The position numbers were made by a program, and so were the translations under genes. From the NCBI GenBank assembly GCA_036170655.1, contig JAVHPP010000077.1, positions 1-13,399 of the forward strand: a stretch of DNA of 13,399 nt, written 5' to 3'. This document shows, piece by piece, positions 1-10,854 of this stretch; the first letter of the stretch is position 1; every line of letters begins with the position of its first letter. The stretch is from Candidatus Zixiibacteriota bacterium (GTDB lineage Bacteria; Zixibacteria; MSB-5A5; WJJR01). Under the pieces are notes generated by a model. The model ran no database searches. It was given only the letters and a program-made list of their open reading frames with translations, and was not told where the DNA came from.

Positions 1-113
1 CCTGTCGCTGCACCCGCCGTATACGAAAAAACGGATGGTAGGAAGACGGACGAAACGTACCACGCTCGGGCGACCTGCAAGTCTTGAACCGCCAGTCTGA
101 CATTGGAGTGAGT

Positions 114-1472
114 ATGACGAAAAAGGGAAAGAAGAAACTGTTCATCATCGGCGGTATCGTCGTCGTGGCGGCCATTTTGGTCGTAGTCAATCTGACACGT
201 TCGTCCGCCAAGACAACGAAAGTCACGACAGCGAAGGTCAAGCAGGGCAAGCTGGTGTCGCTCGTGACCGCGTCGGGGAAGGTCAAGCCGAAGACTGAGG
301 TGAAGATTTCCGCCAACGTGTCCGGTGAAATCGTCGGCCTCCCTGTTGTGGAGGGGCAGCGTGTCAGCAAGGGCGACCTGCTGGTTCAGATCGAGCCCAA
401 GCAGTATGAGGCGCAGGTGCGTCAGACGCAGGCTGGCTACGAAGCGGCGGTCGCGTCGATGAAACTGGAGGAGGCATCAGCCAACGAAGCGCAACTTATC
501 CATGAGCGCCAGAAGGCGATGTTCGAGAAAGGTCTGACGTCGAAGGAGGCCTACGACGCCGCCAGAACGCGTCACGAGACTGCCCAGGCATCACTCGATG
601 CTGCCCGCTCGCGGGTCCAGCAATCTAAAGCATCCGTTGACCAAGCCCGCGAGAGCCTGAGTTATACCACCATCCGGTCCCCAATCGATGGTTATGTCAC
701 GGATCTCCGTTCAGAGCTCGGTGAAATCGTGATGGGGTCTCTGAACTATCAGGCATCGGTCATCATGGTTGTCAGCGATCTGTCGGAGATTGAAGTCGAA
801 GTCGAAGTCGACGAGACAGACATCGATCAGGTGGCGCTGACGCAGGCGGTCAAGATCAAGCTGGATGCGATCCCCGACACGTCATTCGCCGGACAAGTGA
901 CCAAGATCGGCAACACGGCCAAGGTCACGGGTCTGGGTTCACAGGATCAGGTGACCAACTTTCTCGTGACCATCCTGGTTACCGACAGCGTCCCCAACAT
1001 CAAGCCCGGCATGACCGCGACATGTGAGATCACAACCAACTCGCGCGACAATGTGCTCAAGATTCCCATCGGCGCTGTGGTTCTGCGTGACGAGAGTTTT
1101 CTAAAGAAGCACGATGGGAAAACGGCGGAGTCTTCCTCTTCCGTCGGCGTGAGTGAGGCGGCCGCAGCGAATGACAGTGATTCCGCGAAAGCGGCGAACG
1201 ACGACGAGAACACTAAGAAGAAGCCACTGGAAGGGGTTTTCGTGGTGCGTGGTGGAAAGGCGATGTTTGTCCAAGTGACGACTGGCATTGCCGACCAGCA
1301 GAACATCGAGGTGCTCTTGGGGTTGCAGAAGAATGATGAGATCGTCGTCGGGCCGTTCCGCACGTTACGCTCTCTCGAAGATGGTGACCGGGTGGAAGCC
1401 AAAGAGGAAAAAGCGGGCGCCAGGTCCAAGGATACCGGCAACAACAAGGACGGCAGCGACAAGGATGCCTGA
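114..1472 (+). CDS. Efflux periplasmic adaptor subunit (membrane fusion protein, MacA/HlyD-like)
   Basis: Basic N-terminus plus one TM anchor ([20 protein letters not shown]); lipoyl-like halves ([25 protein letters not shown] and [10 protein letters not shown]) flank an alpha-helical hairpin; beta-barrel motifs VDETDI and IKPGMTA. ATG 114 chosen over TTG 84 because GGAG lies at 105-108. Confidence 0.93.
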   Translation: MTKKGKKKLFIIGGIVVVAAILVVVNLTRSSAKTTKVTTAKVKQGKLVSLVTASGKVKPKTEVKISANVSGEIVGLPVVEGQRVSKGDLLVQIEPKQYEAQVRQTQAGYEAAVASMKLEEASANEAQLIHERQKAMFEKGLTSKEAYDAARTRHETAQASLDAARSRVQQSKASVDQARESLSYTTIRSPIDGYVTDLRSELGEIVMGSLNYQASVIMVVSDLSEIEVEVEVDETDIDQVALTQAVKIKLDAIPDTSFAGQVTKIGNTAKVTGLGSQDQVTNFLVTILVTDSVPNIKPGMTATCEITTNSRDNVLKIPIGAVVLRDESFLKKHDGKTAESSSSVGVSEAAAANDSDSAKAANDDENTKKKPLEGVFVVRGGKAMFVQVTTGIADQQNIEVLLGLQKNDEIVVGPFRTLRSLEDGDRVEAKEEKAGARSKDTGNNKDGSDKDA

Positions 1473-1528
1473 ACTGCGGCAGCGGGGAATCGCAGCGACG
1501 TTTCCCGAACCAGGATTGTGAGTTATCG

Positions 1529-2221
1529 ATGCTGATCAAGACAGAGAACCTGTGGAAGACCTACCGCATGGGCGACGAGGAGGTCCACGCGCTTCGGGGC
1601 GTTTCGATTGGGATCAAGAAGGGTGAGTATGTGGCCATCATGGGCCCCTCGGGATCGGGAAAATCTACGCTCATGAACCTGATCGGATGCCTGGACACGC
1701 CCTCGCAGGGAACGTATGAATTGAATGGACGCCAGGTGGCGTCGATGAACGACGACGAGCTGGCCTTTATCCGCAATAAGGAAATCGGGTTTGTCTTTCA
1801 GACATTCAACCTGCTGCCACGGGCGACCGCGCTGCACAATGTCGAGCTCCCGCTCATCTACAATGGCACACCGGGGGAAACACGCATCGACATGGCCAAA
1901 CGCGCGCTGGAGATGGTTGATTTGGGCGATCGTATGACCCACCGCCCGAACCAGTTGTCCGGCGGTCAAAGGCAGCGTGTCGCCATCGCGCGCGCGCTGG
2001 TCAACAACCCCTCACTCATTCTCGCCGACGAGCCCACCGGGAATCTGGACACCAAGACCGGCGTGGAGATCATGGGTGTATTCGATCGCCTGCACGAGGC
2101 GGGGAATACGATCATCATCGTGACCCATGAACACGACGTCGCGCAGTATGCTGACCGGATCATCCACATTCGCGACGGACAGGCCGAACGGGAAGAGACA
2201 GGCCGGAAGACGGCCGCCTGA
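1529..2221 (+). CDS. ABC transporter ATP-binding protein, MacB/LolD family
   Basis: Walker [21 protein letters not shown], signature [15 protein letters not shown], Walker [13 protein letters not shown]-loop VTHE. Confidence 0.96.
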   Translation: MLIKTENLWKTYRMGDEEVHALRGVSIGIKKGEYVAIMGPSGSGKSTLMNLIGCLDTPSQGTYELNGRQVASMNDDELAFIRNKEIGFVFQTFNLLPRATALHNVELPLIYNGTPGETRIDMAKRALEMVDLGDRMTHRPNQLSGGQRQRVAIARALVNNPSLILADEPTGNLDTKTGVEIMGVFDRLHEAGNTIIIVTHEHDVAQYADRIIHIRDGQAEREETGRKTAA

Positions 2222-2224
2222 GCG

Positions 2225-3445
<1,221 letters not shown>

Positions 3446-3487
3446 CGCGATGATGATTGTTGACGGGCACATCTGACGGACCCAATC

Positions 3488-4738
3488 ATGTCGCTGCAAC
3501 TTTTCGAATTCAAGGAAGCGCTGGCGATGGCGATGGGCGCCATCCGGTCAAACAAGCTCCGCTCGTTCCTGACCGTGCTGGGGGTTCTGATCGGCGTCAG
3601 TTCGGTGATTGGCATGGTCTCGCTGATCACGGGTCTGAACAATTCGATGGCGCGGCAGATCGAATCTCTGGGGTCGAATGTCATCTACGTCAGTAAGTTC
3701 AAACCGGGCATCGTGATGGGCAACCGCTCCTCGGAAGAGCGCAACCGCAAGGGGATTGTCTACGAGGATGCCGAGGCCATTCAGGCGAATTGCCCTCTGA
3801 TCCAGTCGGTCTCTCCGGAGAACCACTATTTCAAGCCCCCCTCTGGCAACACGGCGAAGTACGAAAAAAATGAAGTCCTTCGTCCCGATCTGGCCGGTGT
3901 CCTGCCGACCTATCAGGACGTCAACAACACCGAGATGGCCGAAGGGCGTTTCCTCAGCGACGTTGACAATCACTTCCGCCGGACGATCTGTGTCGTGGGA
4001 TCGGACGTGGCAAAGACGCTCTTTCCGGGATTGGATCCGATCGGCAAGGACATCGTTGTCAATGGCAAGCCATTCACCGTGATCGGTGTGGTGGCCAAGC
4101 GCGAGTCTCTCTTGGGAGAATCGATGAACACTTTCATCCTGATTCCCTACGAGACTTTTGCGAAACTCTATCCGTGGGAGAAGGAACTCTGGCTTGGCTG
4201 CCGTGCCCAAAGCGCCGAAGTGATGCTGGCCGCGACCGACCAGATTACGGAACTGATGCGCCGCCGACGGGGCATCCCCTACGACAAGCCCGAAGACTTT
4301 GCGGTCTTCACACAGGAAACCCTCATGGAGCAGTACCGCAGCATCACCGGTGTCATCTACATCGCCATGGTGGTGATCTCGTCCATTGGGTTGATGGTCG
4401 GCGGCGTCGGCGTGATGAACATCATGCTGGTGTCGGTGACTGAGCGCACCCGCGAGATCGGGATTCGCAAGGCGATCGGCGCCCGCCGAAGAAACATTGT
4501 CTGGCAGTTCCTCATTGAAGCGATGACGCTGTCCGGATTGGGAGGGGTCATCGGCATCCTGTTGGGTGTCGGGCTGGCGGTGCTGATCAATGCGGTGTCC
4601 CCCCTTCCCGCCGCGGTTTCGCCGTTCTGGATTGTGATTGCCTTCTCGGTCTCGGTTCTCGTTGGCTTGGTGTTCGGGATTTACCCTGCCTATCGTGCAG
4701 CCAAGGTCGATCCGATCATCAGTCTCCGGTATGAATGA
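3488..4738 (+). CDS. ABC transporter permease, MacB/FtsX family (second paralog)
   Basis: NKLRSFLTVLGVLIGV, GGVGVMNIMLVSVTERTREIGIRKAIGA, C-terminal AAKVDPIISLRYE. Confidence 0.95.
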   Translation: MSLQLFEFKEALAMAMGAIRSNKLRSFLTVLGVLIGVSSVIGMVSLITGLNNSMARQIESLGSNVIYVSKFKPGIVMGNRSSEERNRKGIVYEDAEAIQANCPLIQSVSPENHYFKPPSGNTAKYEKNEVLRPDLAGVLPTYQDVNNTEMAEGRFLSDVDNHFRRTICVVGSDVAKTLFPGLDPIGKDIVVNGKPFTVIGVVAKRESLLGESMNTFILIPYETFAKLYPWEKELWLGCRAQSAEVMLAATDQITELMRRRRGIPYDKPEDFAVFTQETLMEQYRSITGVIYIAMVVISSIGLMVGGVGVMNIMLVSVTERTREIGIRKAIGARRRNIVWQFLIEAMTLSGLGGVIGILLGVGLAVLINAVSPLPAAVSPFWIVIAFSVSVLVGLVFGIYPAYRAAKVDPIISLRYE

Positions 4739-4832
4739 GACTTTTCCCCGGACGGTCCCCCTGTGGCAATTCCCATGGTATAACTGATGGCCGTGCGTAT
4801 ATTGTGCCGCACGGTCGGAACAGGAGTATGCC

Positions 4833-6161
4833 ATGCGCGGCCTGATCAACCCGAGAGTCCTGTGGGCGTCCATGAAGACATTGGGCGGAACGGCGTTGCT
4901 GGTCTTTGCCCTCGGAGTGCCGGTGCAATCGCAGACAGAGTTTTCGGGTCTGCCGGGTCCCGGTGTGCCCGCCTTTGACCTCGATGTGGCAGCCTTCCGT
5001 CAGACGGCAGATTCAGCGCGACTGGAGATCTACTACCGCATCACCAATCCGCACCTGTCCTATATCAAGAAGGGCGACGAGTACATCGCCTCGTATGAGA
5101 TCTCGGCGGTTCTCAAAGGAGACCGCGATCAGCAGGCGGCATCGGCCACCAACACGGAAAAGTACATCGTGACGAGCTACGATGAGACGCGACGGACGTC
5201 CGGGTATTTGATTAATGTCCTGACGATGACCGCGGGGGGGGGCCAGTACGACCTCCTGGTCACGGTCAACGACCGAGTCTCCGGTGGCACGCACACGGTT
5301 CATCGTCCGGTCGACCTACGGGACTTCGGCAGCGACGACTGGGTGTTTGGCGGGCCTGAATTTTTCATTCCGGATGCTCCGGCCCCACGGCAGGAGCGGT
5401 ACCTGAAGGATACTCTGGCGCTTGTCCCGAATGTGACCCGCACCGTCGGCGGAGGTGACTCCCCGTTGTCGATGTATTTCGAAGTCTATTCCCTGCCGCG
5501 CCACCCGGCGCAACGGGTCATCGTCCGTTTGAGCCAGCAGGCCGGGCATCATCGTCTGACGGATACGCTGGCCATCGATACCTCGCTACGACGCGCACCG
5601 GTTCTTTACCGCACTCCGCTCAAGGGATTCGAGGGTGGCGACGTGCGTATGGAACTGCAGGCCATAGACGGGAATGGACGTCCCGTCGGCAATCCGCGTG
5701 ATCTGCTCTTCTCCATTGACTGGTCTCTTCTTTCCTTGTTTGAGGGCAACTGGAACGAGATGATCGGCATGCTGGTTCATATCGCCACCCACGACGAGAT
5801 GGAGACCCTGAAAAAGACACCGCCCGAAGACCGTGCGGCTGCGCTGGAGCAATTCTGGAAATCCAAAGATCCCAGCCCCGAGAGCGAAGAGAACGAGTGG
5901 AAACAAGAGTATTACCGGCGTATCCAGTTTGCCAACCAGCAGTATACGACCCCATTCCAGCCGGGATGGCGGACGGATTTTGGCACGGTGTACATCAAGT
6001 ATGGCGAGCCGGATGAAGTCGAGCGGTTCCCCTTCGAGATTGGGCGAAAGCCGTACGAAATCTGGTACTATTATGCGCAGCGGCGCCAATTTGTATTTGT
6101 CGACGCCAAGGGAAATGGTGAATATGAACTCCAATATCCGTATGACGGCATTGTCCGGTAG
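4833..6161 (+). CDS. Secreted GWxTD domain-containing protein
   Basis: RBS AGGAG at 4822-4826; signal-peptide-like N-terminus; C-terminal FWKSKDPSP...EYYRRIQFAN...PGWRTDFGTVYIKYGEPD...EIWYY is characteristic of the GWxTD domain. Confidence 0.88.
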   Translation: MRGLINPRVLWASMKTLGGTALLVFALGVPVQSQTEFSGLPGPGVPAFDLDVAAFRQTADSARLEIYYRITNPHLSYIKKGDEYIASYEISAVLKGDRDQQAASATNTEKYIVTSYDETRRTSGYLINVLTMTAGGGQYDLLVTVNDRVSGGTHTVHRPVDLRDFGSDDWVFGGPEFFIPDAPAPRQERYLKDTLALVPNVTRTVGGGDSPLSMYFEVYSLPRHPAQRVIVRLSQQAGHHRLTDTLAIDTSLRRAPVLYRTPLKGFEGGDVRMELQAIDGNGRPVGNPRDLLFSIDWSLLSLFEGNWNEMIGMLVHIATHDEMETLKKTPPEDRAAALEQFWKSKDPSPESEENEWKQEYYRRIQFANQQYTTPFQPGWRTDFGTVYIKYGEPDEVERFPFEIGRKPYEIWYYYAQRRQFVFVDAKGNGEYELQYPYDGIVR

Positions 6162-6186
6162 GCGAATGGGTGGCGGCGATTGTGCG

Positions 6187-7605
6187 ATGACGACGTTCCA
6201 GCGCGTTGCGGCGCCGGTGCGCATCACGCTTCTGACGGCGCTGTTGTTGCTGGCCACGGCACACATAGCGGGGGCAATTGACGGGAAGGGCCCTGTCCGG
6301 ATGTGGGTTGACTATGCGGCCTTCCGCTATGCGCCGGATTCCCGCGATGGGTATGTCGAGTTCTACTACGAATTAAAGCGCGTGGATTTCCAATTCCACG
6401 TGGTCGATTCTCTGCTGCGTGCGGACGTCTACACGTGGGTCCACGTGCGAGACTCGGCCGGCCATCCGGTTGATTCGGTTGGCGGGGCTTTTGTCTCGAT
6501 TGTGCAGGATTCGACGGAGATCGCCGATTCGACCTTTACCATTTTCTTTGCGCGTGCCTTGCTGTTGCACCCTGGAGAATACAGAGCCCGCATGGTGGTC
6601 GCCGACCTGATCACCAAGCACTCATCGGAAGCGGACTTCCCGATTCGTGTCCCGGATTTTTCCGCCAGGGGATTGACCCTCTCGGACATTCAGCTGGGTT
6701 ACGACATCATCAATCGCCGGATGGATACGGTGGAAGTGTACCTGGATGTGCTGGAGAAGAACAGGTACAAGGTGTATCCGGACTGCCGCGGTCTGATCAG
6801 CCAGAGCCGGTCGCTTTTGTTTCTGTACACCGAGGCATACAACCTGGATTACGGCCCATCGCGGGACAATTCCTACGATCTGACCATCTCGGTTGTCCCA
6901 GGCGACACCGGCGTCCCTCGGCCGTTGAGCGTGCAGAGACTGACCAAGCCGGGTACGACGGCCGTGCTGGCGACCGGCGTCAATACCCGGGGCTTGGCCC
7001 CGGGCGCTTACCGGTTGCGCATCGACTTGAAGGATCTGGCCAGCGGCCAACAGGCCTCGGCGCAGAAGGGATTTTATGTCGTGCCTCCTCTCATAGTCGA
7101 TTCACTGACTGACGAAGAGGTCCAACGCATCCGCGACATCATTTCCTATATTGCCCATCCCGGCGAACTGCAGACGTTCGAGCGGCTGAACATGGAGGGA
7201 AAACGCGCCTTCTGGGTTCAATTCTGGAAAGATCGCGACCCGACCCCTGGGACACCGGAAAATGAATTCAAGGATGAACACTTGCAGCGGATGAACTACG
7301 CCAACGAGCGGTTCTCCGTCGGGTACCAGAAGCGCAGCGATGGATGGCGGACCGACATGGGACGAGTCTATATTGTCTACGGGCCGCCCAGTACTGCTGA
7401 ACGATTCCCATTCACGGCGCAGAACCCGCCGGCGGAGATGTGGTTCTATGACAATATGTCGGGCCAGGGTCAGGTATATTTCCTTTTTATTGACGAGAGC
7501 GGCTATGGTGAATACAACCTGGTGACGTCTTCAGCGCGGGGGGAACAACGCAACCCCGCTTGGGAGCGTCAGGTGCAGGCGGGCGCCTTCGAACGAAAGC
7601 AGTAG
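6187..7605 (+). CDS. Secreted GWxTD domain-containing protein (second paralog)
   Basis: FWKDRDPTPGTPENEF...RMNYANERF...DGWRTDMGRVYIVYGPP...EMWFY. Start placed at ATG 6187 (MTTFQRVAAPVRITLLTALLLLATAHIAGA signal peptide); ATG 6166 is an alternative. The ORF-track start at 5833 overlaps the previous gene. Confidence 0.86.
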   Translation: MTTFQRVAAPVRITLLTALLLLATAHIAGAIDGKGPVRMWVDYAAFRYAPDSRDGYVEFYYELKRVDFQFHVVDSLLRADVYTWVHVRDSAGHPVDSVGGAFVSIVQDSTEIADSTFTIFFARALLLHPGEYRARMVVADLITKHSSEADFPIRVPDFSARGLTLSDIQLGYDIINRRMDTVEVYLDVLEKNRYKVYPDCRGLISQSRSLLFLYTEAYNLDYGPSRDNSYDLTISVVPGDTGVPRPLSVQRLTKPGTTAVLATGVNTRGLAPGAYRLRIDLKDLASGQQASAQKGFYVVPPLIVDSLTDEEVQRIRDIISYIAHPGELQTFERLNMEGKRAFWVQFWKDRDPTPGTPENEFKDEHLQRMNYANERFSVGYQKRSDGWRTDMGRVYIVYGPPSTAERFPFTAQNPPAEMWFYDNMSGQGQVYFLFIDESGYGEYNLVTSSARGEQRNPAWERQVQAGAFERKQ

Positions 7606-7640
7606 TGCTCGTCCGGCGCTCCAAGGAATCGAAGCCACTC

Positions 7641-8390
7641 ATGCTGAAAACGCAGCAACTGACCAAACATTTTCAAGATAAGAAACGCGGCGCGATCAAG
7701 GCGGTCGACGGCATCGATCTGGATTGCCACAGCGGGGAGATCTTCGGTCTGCTCGGCTTGAATGGCGCCGGCAAAACGACGACGCTGCGTCTTTTGGCGA
7801 CCATCCTTCGTCCTGACAGCGGCACGGTCACAGTTGACGGGGCCGATGCGGTGTCACACCCGGAGAAGGTCCGCGCCAAGATTGGCTTTCTCACGGGTAC
7901 GACGGGTCTGTATCTGCGTTTGACGCCGCGGGAGATTCTCCGGTATTTCGGGCAGTTGTCCGGTATGGACACGTCGTCTATCAGGCGTCGTTCCGACGAT
8001 CTGATTCAGCGCTTGGGAATGGGCGATTTCGCCGACCGCCGGGTGGACAAGCTCTCCAGCGGGCAGAAGCAGAGGACCTCCATTGCACGGACATTGATCC
8101 ATGATCCACCGCTGTTGATACTCGATGAACCGACTACTGGTCTCGACGTTGTCACCTCGCGCGCCATTGTCGATTTCATCCGTGAGGCACGCGGTGAGGG
8201 GAAATGCGTGATTCTTTCCACGCACATCATGCATGAGGCGGCCAAGCTTTGTGACCGCATTGCCATTCTCCACTCCGGCCGCATTCGGCGGATGGGTACA
8301 TTGGCTGACTTTCGTGCTTACTATGGACACGAAGACCTCGACGACATTTTTGTGGCTGCCATAGACGGCGACGGAGAACCCTCGCGATGA
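7641..8390 (+). CDS. ABC exporter ATP-binding subunit, NatA-like
   Basis: Walker A GLNGAGKTT, signature LSSGQKQR, Walker B ILDEPTTGLD, STH loop. Start at ATG 7641 (MLKTQQLTKHF) avoids overlap with the upstream gene. Confidence 0.9.
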   Translation: MLKTQQLTKHFQDKKRGAIKAVDGIDLDCHSGEIFGLLGLNGAGKTTTLRLLATILRPDSGTVTVDGADAVSHPEKVRAKIGFLTGTTGLYLRLTPREILRYFGQLSGMDTSSIRRRSDDLIQRLGMGDFADRRVDKLSSGQKQRTSIARTLIHDPPLLILDEPTTGLDVVTSRAIVDFIREARGEGKCVILSTHIMHEAAKLCDRIAILHSGRIRRMGTLADFRAYYGHEDLDDIFVAAIDGDGEPSR

Positions 8391-9691
8391 GCGGGACGCT
8401 GATTATCTTCTTCAAGGAACTGAAGGACATTCTACGTGACCGGCGCACCATCATCTCGATGGTGTTGGTCCCGATGCTCTTCTATCCGATCATGTCGATC
8501 GGATTGGGAAGTCTCATCTCATCGCAAGTGGAGAAGACACGCGCGGAGCGGCAGCCAATTATGATTCTGCCGTCGCACGCCGAGCCGGGGCTGATGGTCA
8601 GCCTCGCGGCCGACACGAGCCTGCGTCTTGTTCCCAGTGATTCCATCCTGAAATTGCTCTTACAGCAAGCGGAGAACGACACAACGCTTGACAAGACGCT
8701 GATCCGCCGCATCTTCAGTTCCCTTCCTTCTGCGATTCCCGACTCGATCAAGCAGCCGATTTACTATGCGGCGGTGGCGCAGAAATGGATCCGTGCCGTC
8801 GCTGAATTGCCGGAGTCCCTTCCGTCCAGTGCTGGTCCCGATTCTGTCATCGTTGGTGTCTACACCGACCAGGCGGAGATCAAGTCCGACGCCGCCGGGG
8901 ATCATATCCGGGAGCGAATGAGGACGGTGAATGACTCGCTCACCGACAGACGCCTCGCGCCGTTTGGCGTCAGCCAGCGTTCGCTGCGGCCCTTCTGGAT
9001 CGGCTCAGCCGACATCGCGCCCAAATCAAAGCAGGCGGGACGGTTCCTGGCCATCCTGCTTCCCTACATGCTCATGATTCTGACGTTCACCGGCGGGATG
9101 TATCCCGCACTCGACATCACGGCGGGGGAGAAAGAACGCAACACGCTCGAGACGCTGCTGGTTGCGCCCGTGTCGCGCTGGCAGATCGCGCTGGGTAAGT
9201 TTCTGACGGTGATGACCGCGGGATTCGTGACCATGCTGCTGGCAACCGCGTCGATGACTTTCAGCATGAAATGGGGCGCGATGCAGTTTTCGGATCAGGG
9301 AGCGCAGTCGCTTCCCATGGGCATGTCGGGGACGGCCGTCGGCTGGATCCTTCTTCTGATGATCCCCACGTCCACGCTCTTTTCATCTCTGCTGGTCGTT
9401 GTCTCGATCTCCGCCCGCAGCTATAAAGAAGCGCAGAGTTATGCGACGCCGCTTCTCATGATGATCATCCTGCCGGCGATGGTCTCGTTTGTACCGGGGA
9501 TCGAACTGAACTGGAGTCTGGCATTCGTACCGGTGGTCAATCTCTCTCTGGCGCTCAAGGACGTGATCCTTGGCGTGGAGAAACCGCTTCAGATCCTGCT
9601 TGTGTTTGCCGCCACGGCGGTCTACGCGTCGTTCATGTTGTTTGTCACCGCGCGTATTTTCCAGCGCGAATCGGTGCTGTTCCGGACGTGA
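8387..9691 (+). CDS. ABC-2 type exporter permease, NatB-like
   Basis: FKELKDILRDRRT N-terminus, AGEKERNTLETLLVAPVSR..IALGKF and ARSYKEAQSY motifs typical of NatB-like permeases. ATGA overlap with the ATPase stop suggests translational coupling. Confidence 0.88.
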   Translation: MSGTLIIFFKELKDILRDRRTIISMVLVPMLFYPIMSIGLGSLISSQVEKTRAERQPIMILPSHAEPGLMVSLAADTSLRLVPSDSILKLLLQQAENDTTLDKTLIRRIFSSLPSAIPDSIKQPIYYAAVAQKWIRAVAELPESLPSSAGPDSVIVGVYTDQAEIKSDAAGDHIRERMRTVNDSLTDRRLAPFGVSQRSLRPFWIGSADIAPKSKQAGRFLAILLPYMLMILTFTGGMYPALDITAGEKERNTLETLLVAPVSRWQIALGKFLTVMTAGFVTMLLATASMTFSMKWGAMQFSDQGAQSLPMGMSGTAVGWILLLMIPTSTLFSSLLVVVSISARSYKEAQSYATPLLMMIILPAMVSFVPGIELNWSLAFVPVVNLSLALKDVILGVEKPLQILLVFAATAVYASFMLFVTARIFQRESVLFRT

Positions 9692-9800
9692 GGGACTATC
9701 TCTCGCTGCGCTTTCTATCGGCGTAGTGGGAGATATTGTGGTGCCGAGTGGAATACTCGGCCTTCGCCGGACACGCGTGCGTTGCGCAGACCAAGGGAAT

Positions 9801-9829
9801 CCCCGTCCCACTTCACGAGTGAGACGGGG
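9801..9829 (-). terminator. GC-rich hairpin between convergent genes, probable terminator of the Cys-type DUF1573-like gene
   Basis: Minus strand CCCCGTCTCACT-CGTGA-AGTGGGACGGGG (12-bp stem with one G:U), about 30 nt past the stop at 9859. The U-tract is weak (ATTCCCTT). Confidence 0.55.
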
Positions 9830-9858
9830 TCAGCAGCAGATCTCTTGGAAACGGCGGG

Positions 9859-10638
9859 TCAGCGTTCCGAGGTCGGAACTGGTCCCCAGCGGCGGGTCTT
9901 GCTGATGGGGATGGAATAACGCGTGTGCTTGGCGTCTGATGCCTCGATCGTGATCGTCTTGTTGAACAGATCGTCGGCCATCTTCGGGTTGATCTTGACC
10001 GCGAAGGTCTTTTCGGCGCCCGGGGTGATCGTCTTGTCCGCCGGGAAGTCGATCTGGACATACTTGTCCGGACGCGACACCACCGTGAAGCTCAGATCGG
10101 ACGGTGAGATGTTCTTGATCTTGAAGTCGTATTCCCATGGCTTCTTCTGATCCTGCGGATGATCCTTGTCCAAATCCACCACCAGCGGGTGGACCTGGAA
10201 CAGGTCGACGGAATCGGGGTTTAGCATCACATCCGCGATGATCGTGAGACGCGGAATGTTTCCCGTGGCATTGCACAGGATCTGGGCGCTCTTGGTGACC
10301 CTCGAGGAATAATGCCCAGTCGAGAAAATCAGTTCTACCTTTGTGCTGTCACCGACAGCCAGCTCCTTTTTGTCGATCGGAGCCTTGGTGCATCCGCACC
10401 CGGGCTTGACGTCGGTAATCCGTAGCGTGTCCTCACCGACATTTTTGATCCAGAATGCATGCGCGATGCTGGTTGCTTGGGGGGCGCGGCCAAAATCAAA
10501 TTCCTCGGCCGAGACCTGAACTTTGGCGGATTTCCCGCCGGTTGGCGTAGCGGTATTGTCCTGCGCGCCAGACGACAGAGCCAGCAGAGCGACGGCTCCG
10601 AGAGCCATCGGCAGAGTCACTGCGTGTTTGAGTCCCAT
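9859..10638 (-). CDS. Exported DUF1573-like (Ig-like fold) protein, CGC motif, Cys copy, 259 aa
   Basis: RBS AAAGGAGA at 10650-10643 before ATG 10638; signal peptide ending SGA|Q; FDFG...HAFWIKNVGEDTLRITDVKPGCGCT...LAVGDS matches the DUF1573 pattern (F..kN.G...L.I..V...CGCT). Confidence 0.85.
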   Translation of the reverse strand: MGLKHAVTLPMALGAVALLALSSGAQDNTATPTGGKSAKVQVSAEEFDFGRAPQATSIAHAFWIKNVGEDTLRITDVKPGCGCTKAPIDKKELAVGDSTKVELIFSTGHYSSRVTKSAQILCNATGNIPRLTIIADVMLNPDSVDLFQVHPLVVDLDKDHPQDQKKPWEYDFKIKNISPSDLSFTVVSRPDKYVQIDFPADKTITPGAEKTFAVKINPKMADDLFNKTITIEASDAKHTRYSIPISKTRRWGPVPTSER

Positions 10639-10784
10639 TGCGTCTCCTTTTGTATGAGGTTCCTGATCAAATACCACCGTGTGTCTATGTTGGCATGGGG
10701 GACATCAAGATGCGGGTCCGCGGAACATTCGATCTGTTGCCCAGCGCGATCGGGGTCTCGAATGAAGACAGATTAGCTGTTCGC

Positions 10785-10826
10785 AAACGAAAACCCCGTT
10801 CCGCTGCGCACAGCGGGACGGGGCTT
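10785..10826 (-). terminator. Rho-independent terminator after the TGA-containing paralog
   Basis: Minus strand CCCCGTCCCGCTG-TGCG-CAGCGGAACGGGG (13-bp stem, one mismatch) followed by TTTTCGTTT, about 30 nt after the stop at 10855. Confidence 0.8.
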
Positions 10827-10854
10827 GCAACGTGAATTCTGTTGGAGTAACTTG

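Noticed and set aside
792..810. GAAGTC tandem repeat (3 copies)
   Set aside because: Encodes the EVEVEV beta strand of the adaptor; not a contingency repeat or CRISPR.
4776..4803. Possible -10 elements (TGGTATAAC, TATATT) upstream of the first GWxTD gene
   Set aside because: No convincing -35 and two competing candidates; too ambiguous to call a promoter.
3548..4873. 441-aa antisense ORF and other long antisense or alternate-frame ORFs (e.g. 2012-2746, 5586-6266, 10825-11499, 12816-13309)
   Set aside because: Shadow ORFs of well-supported genes in GC-rich DNA with no recognisable motifs.
5833..6186. N-terminal extension of the 590-aa ORF
   Set aside because: It overlaps the conserved C-terminal domain of the upstream GWxTD gene in another frame, and the signal peptide begins at 6187.
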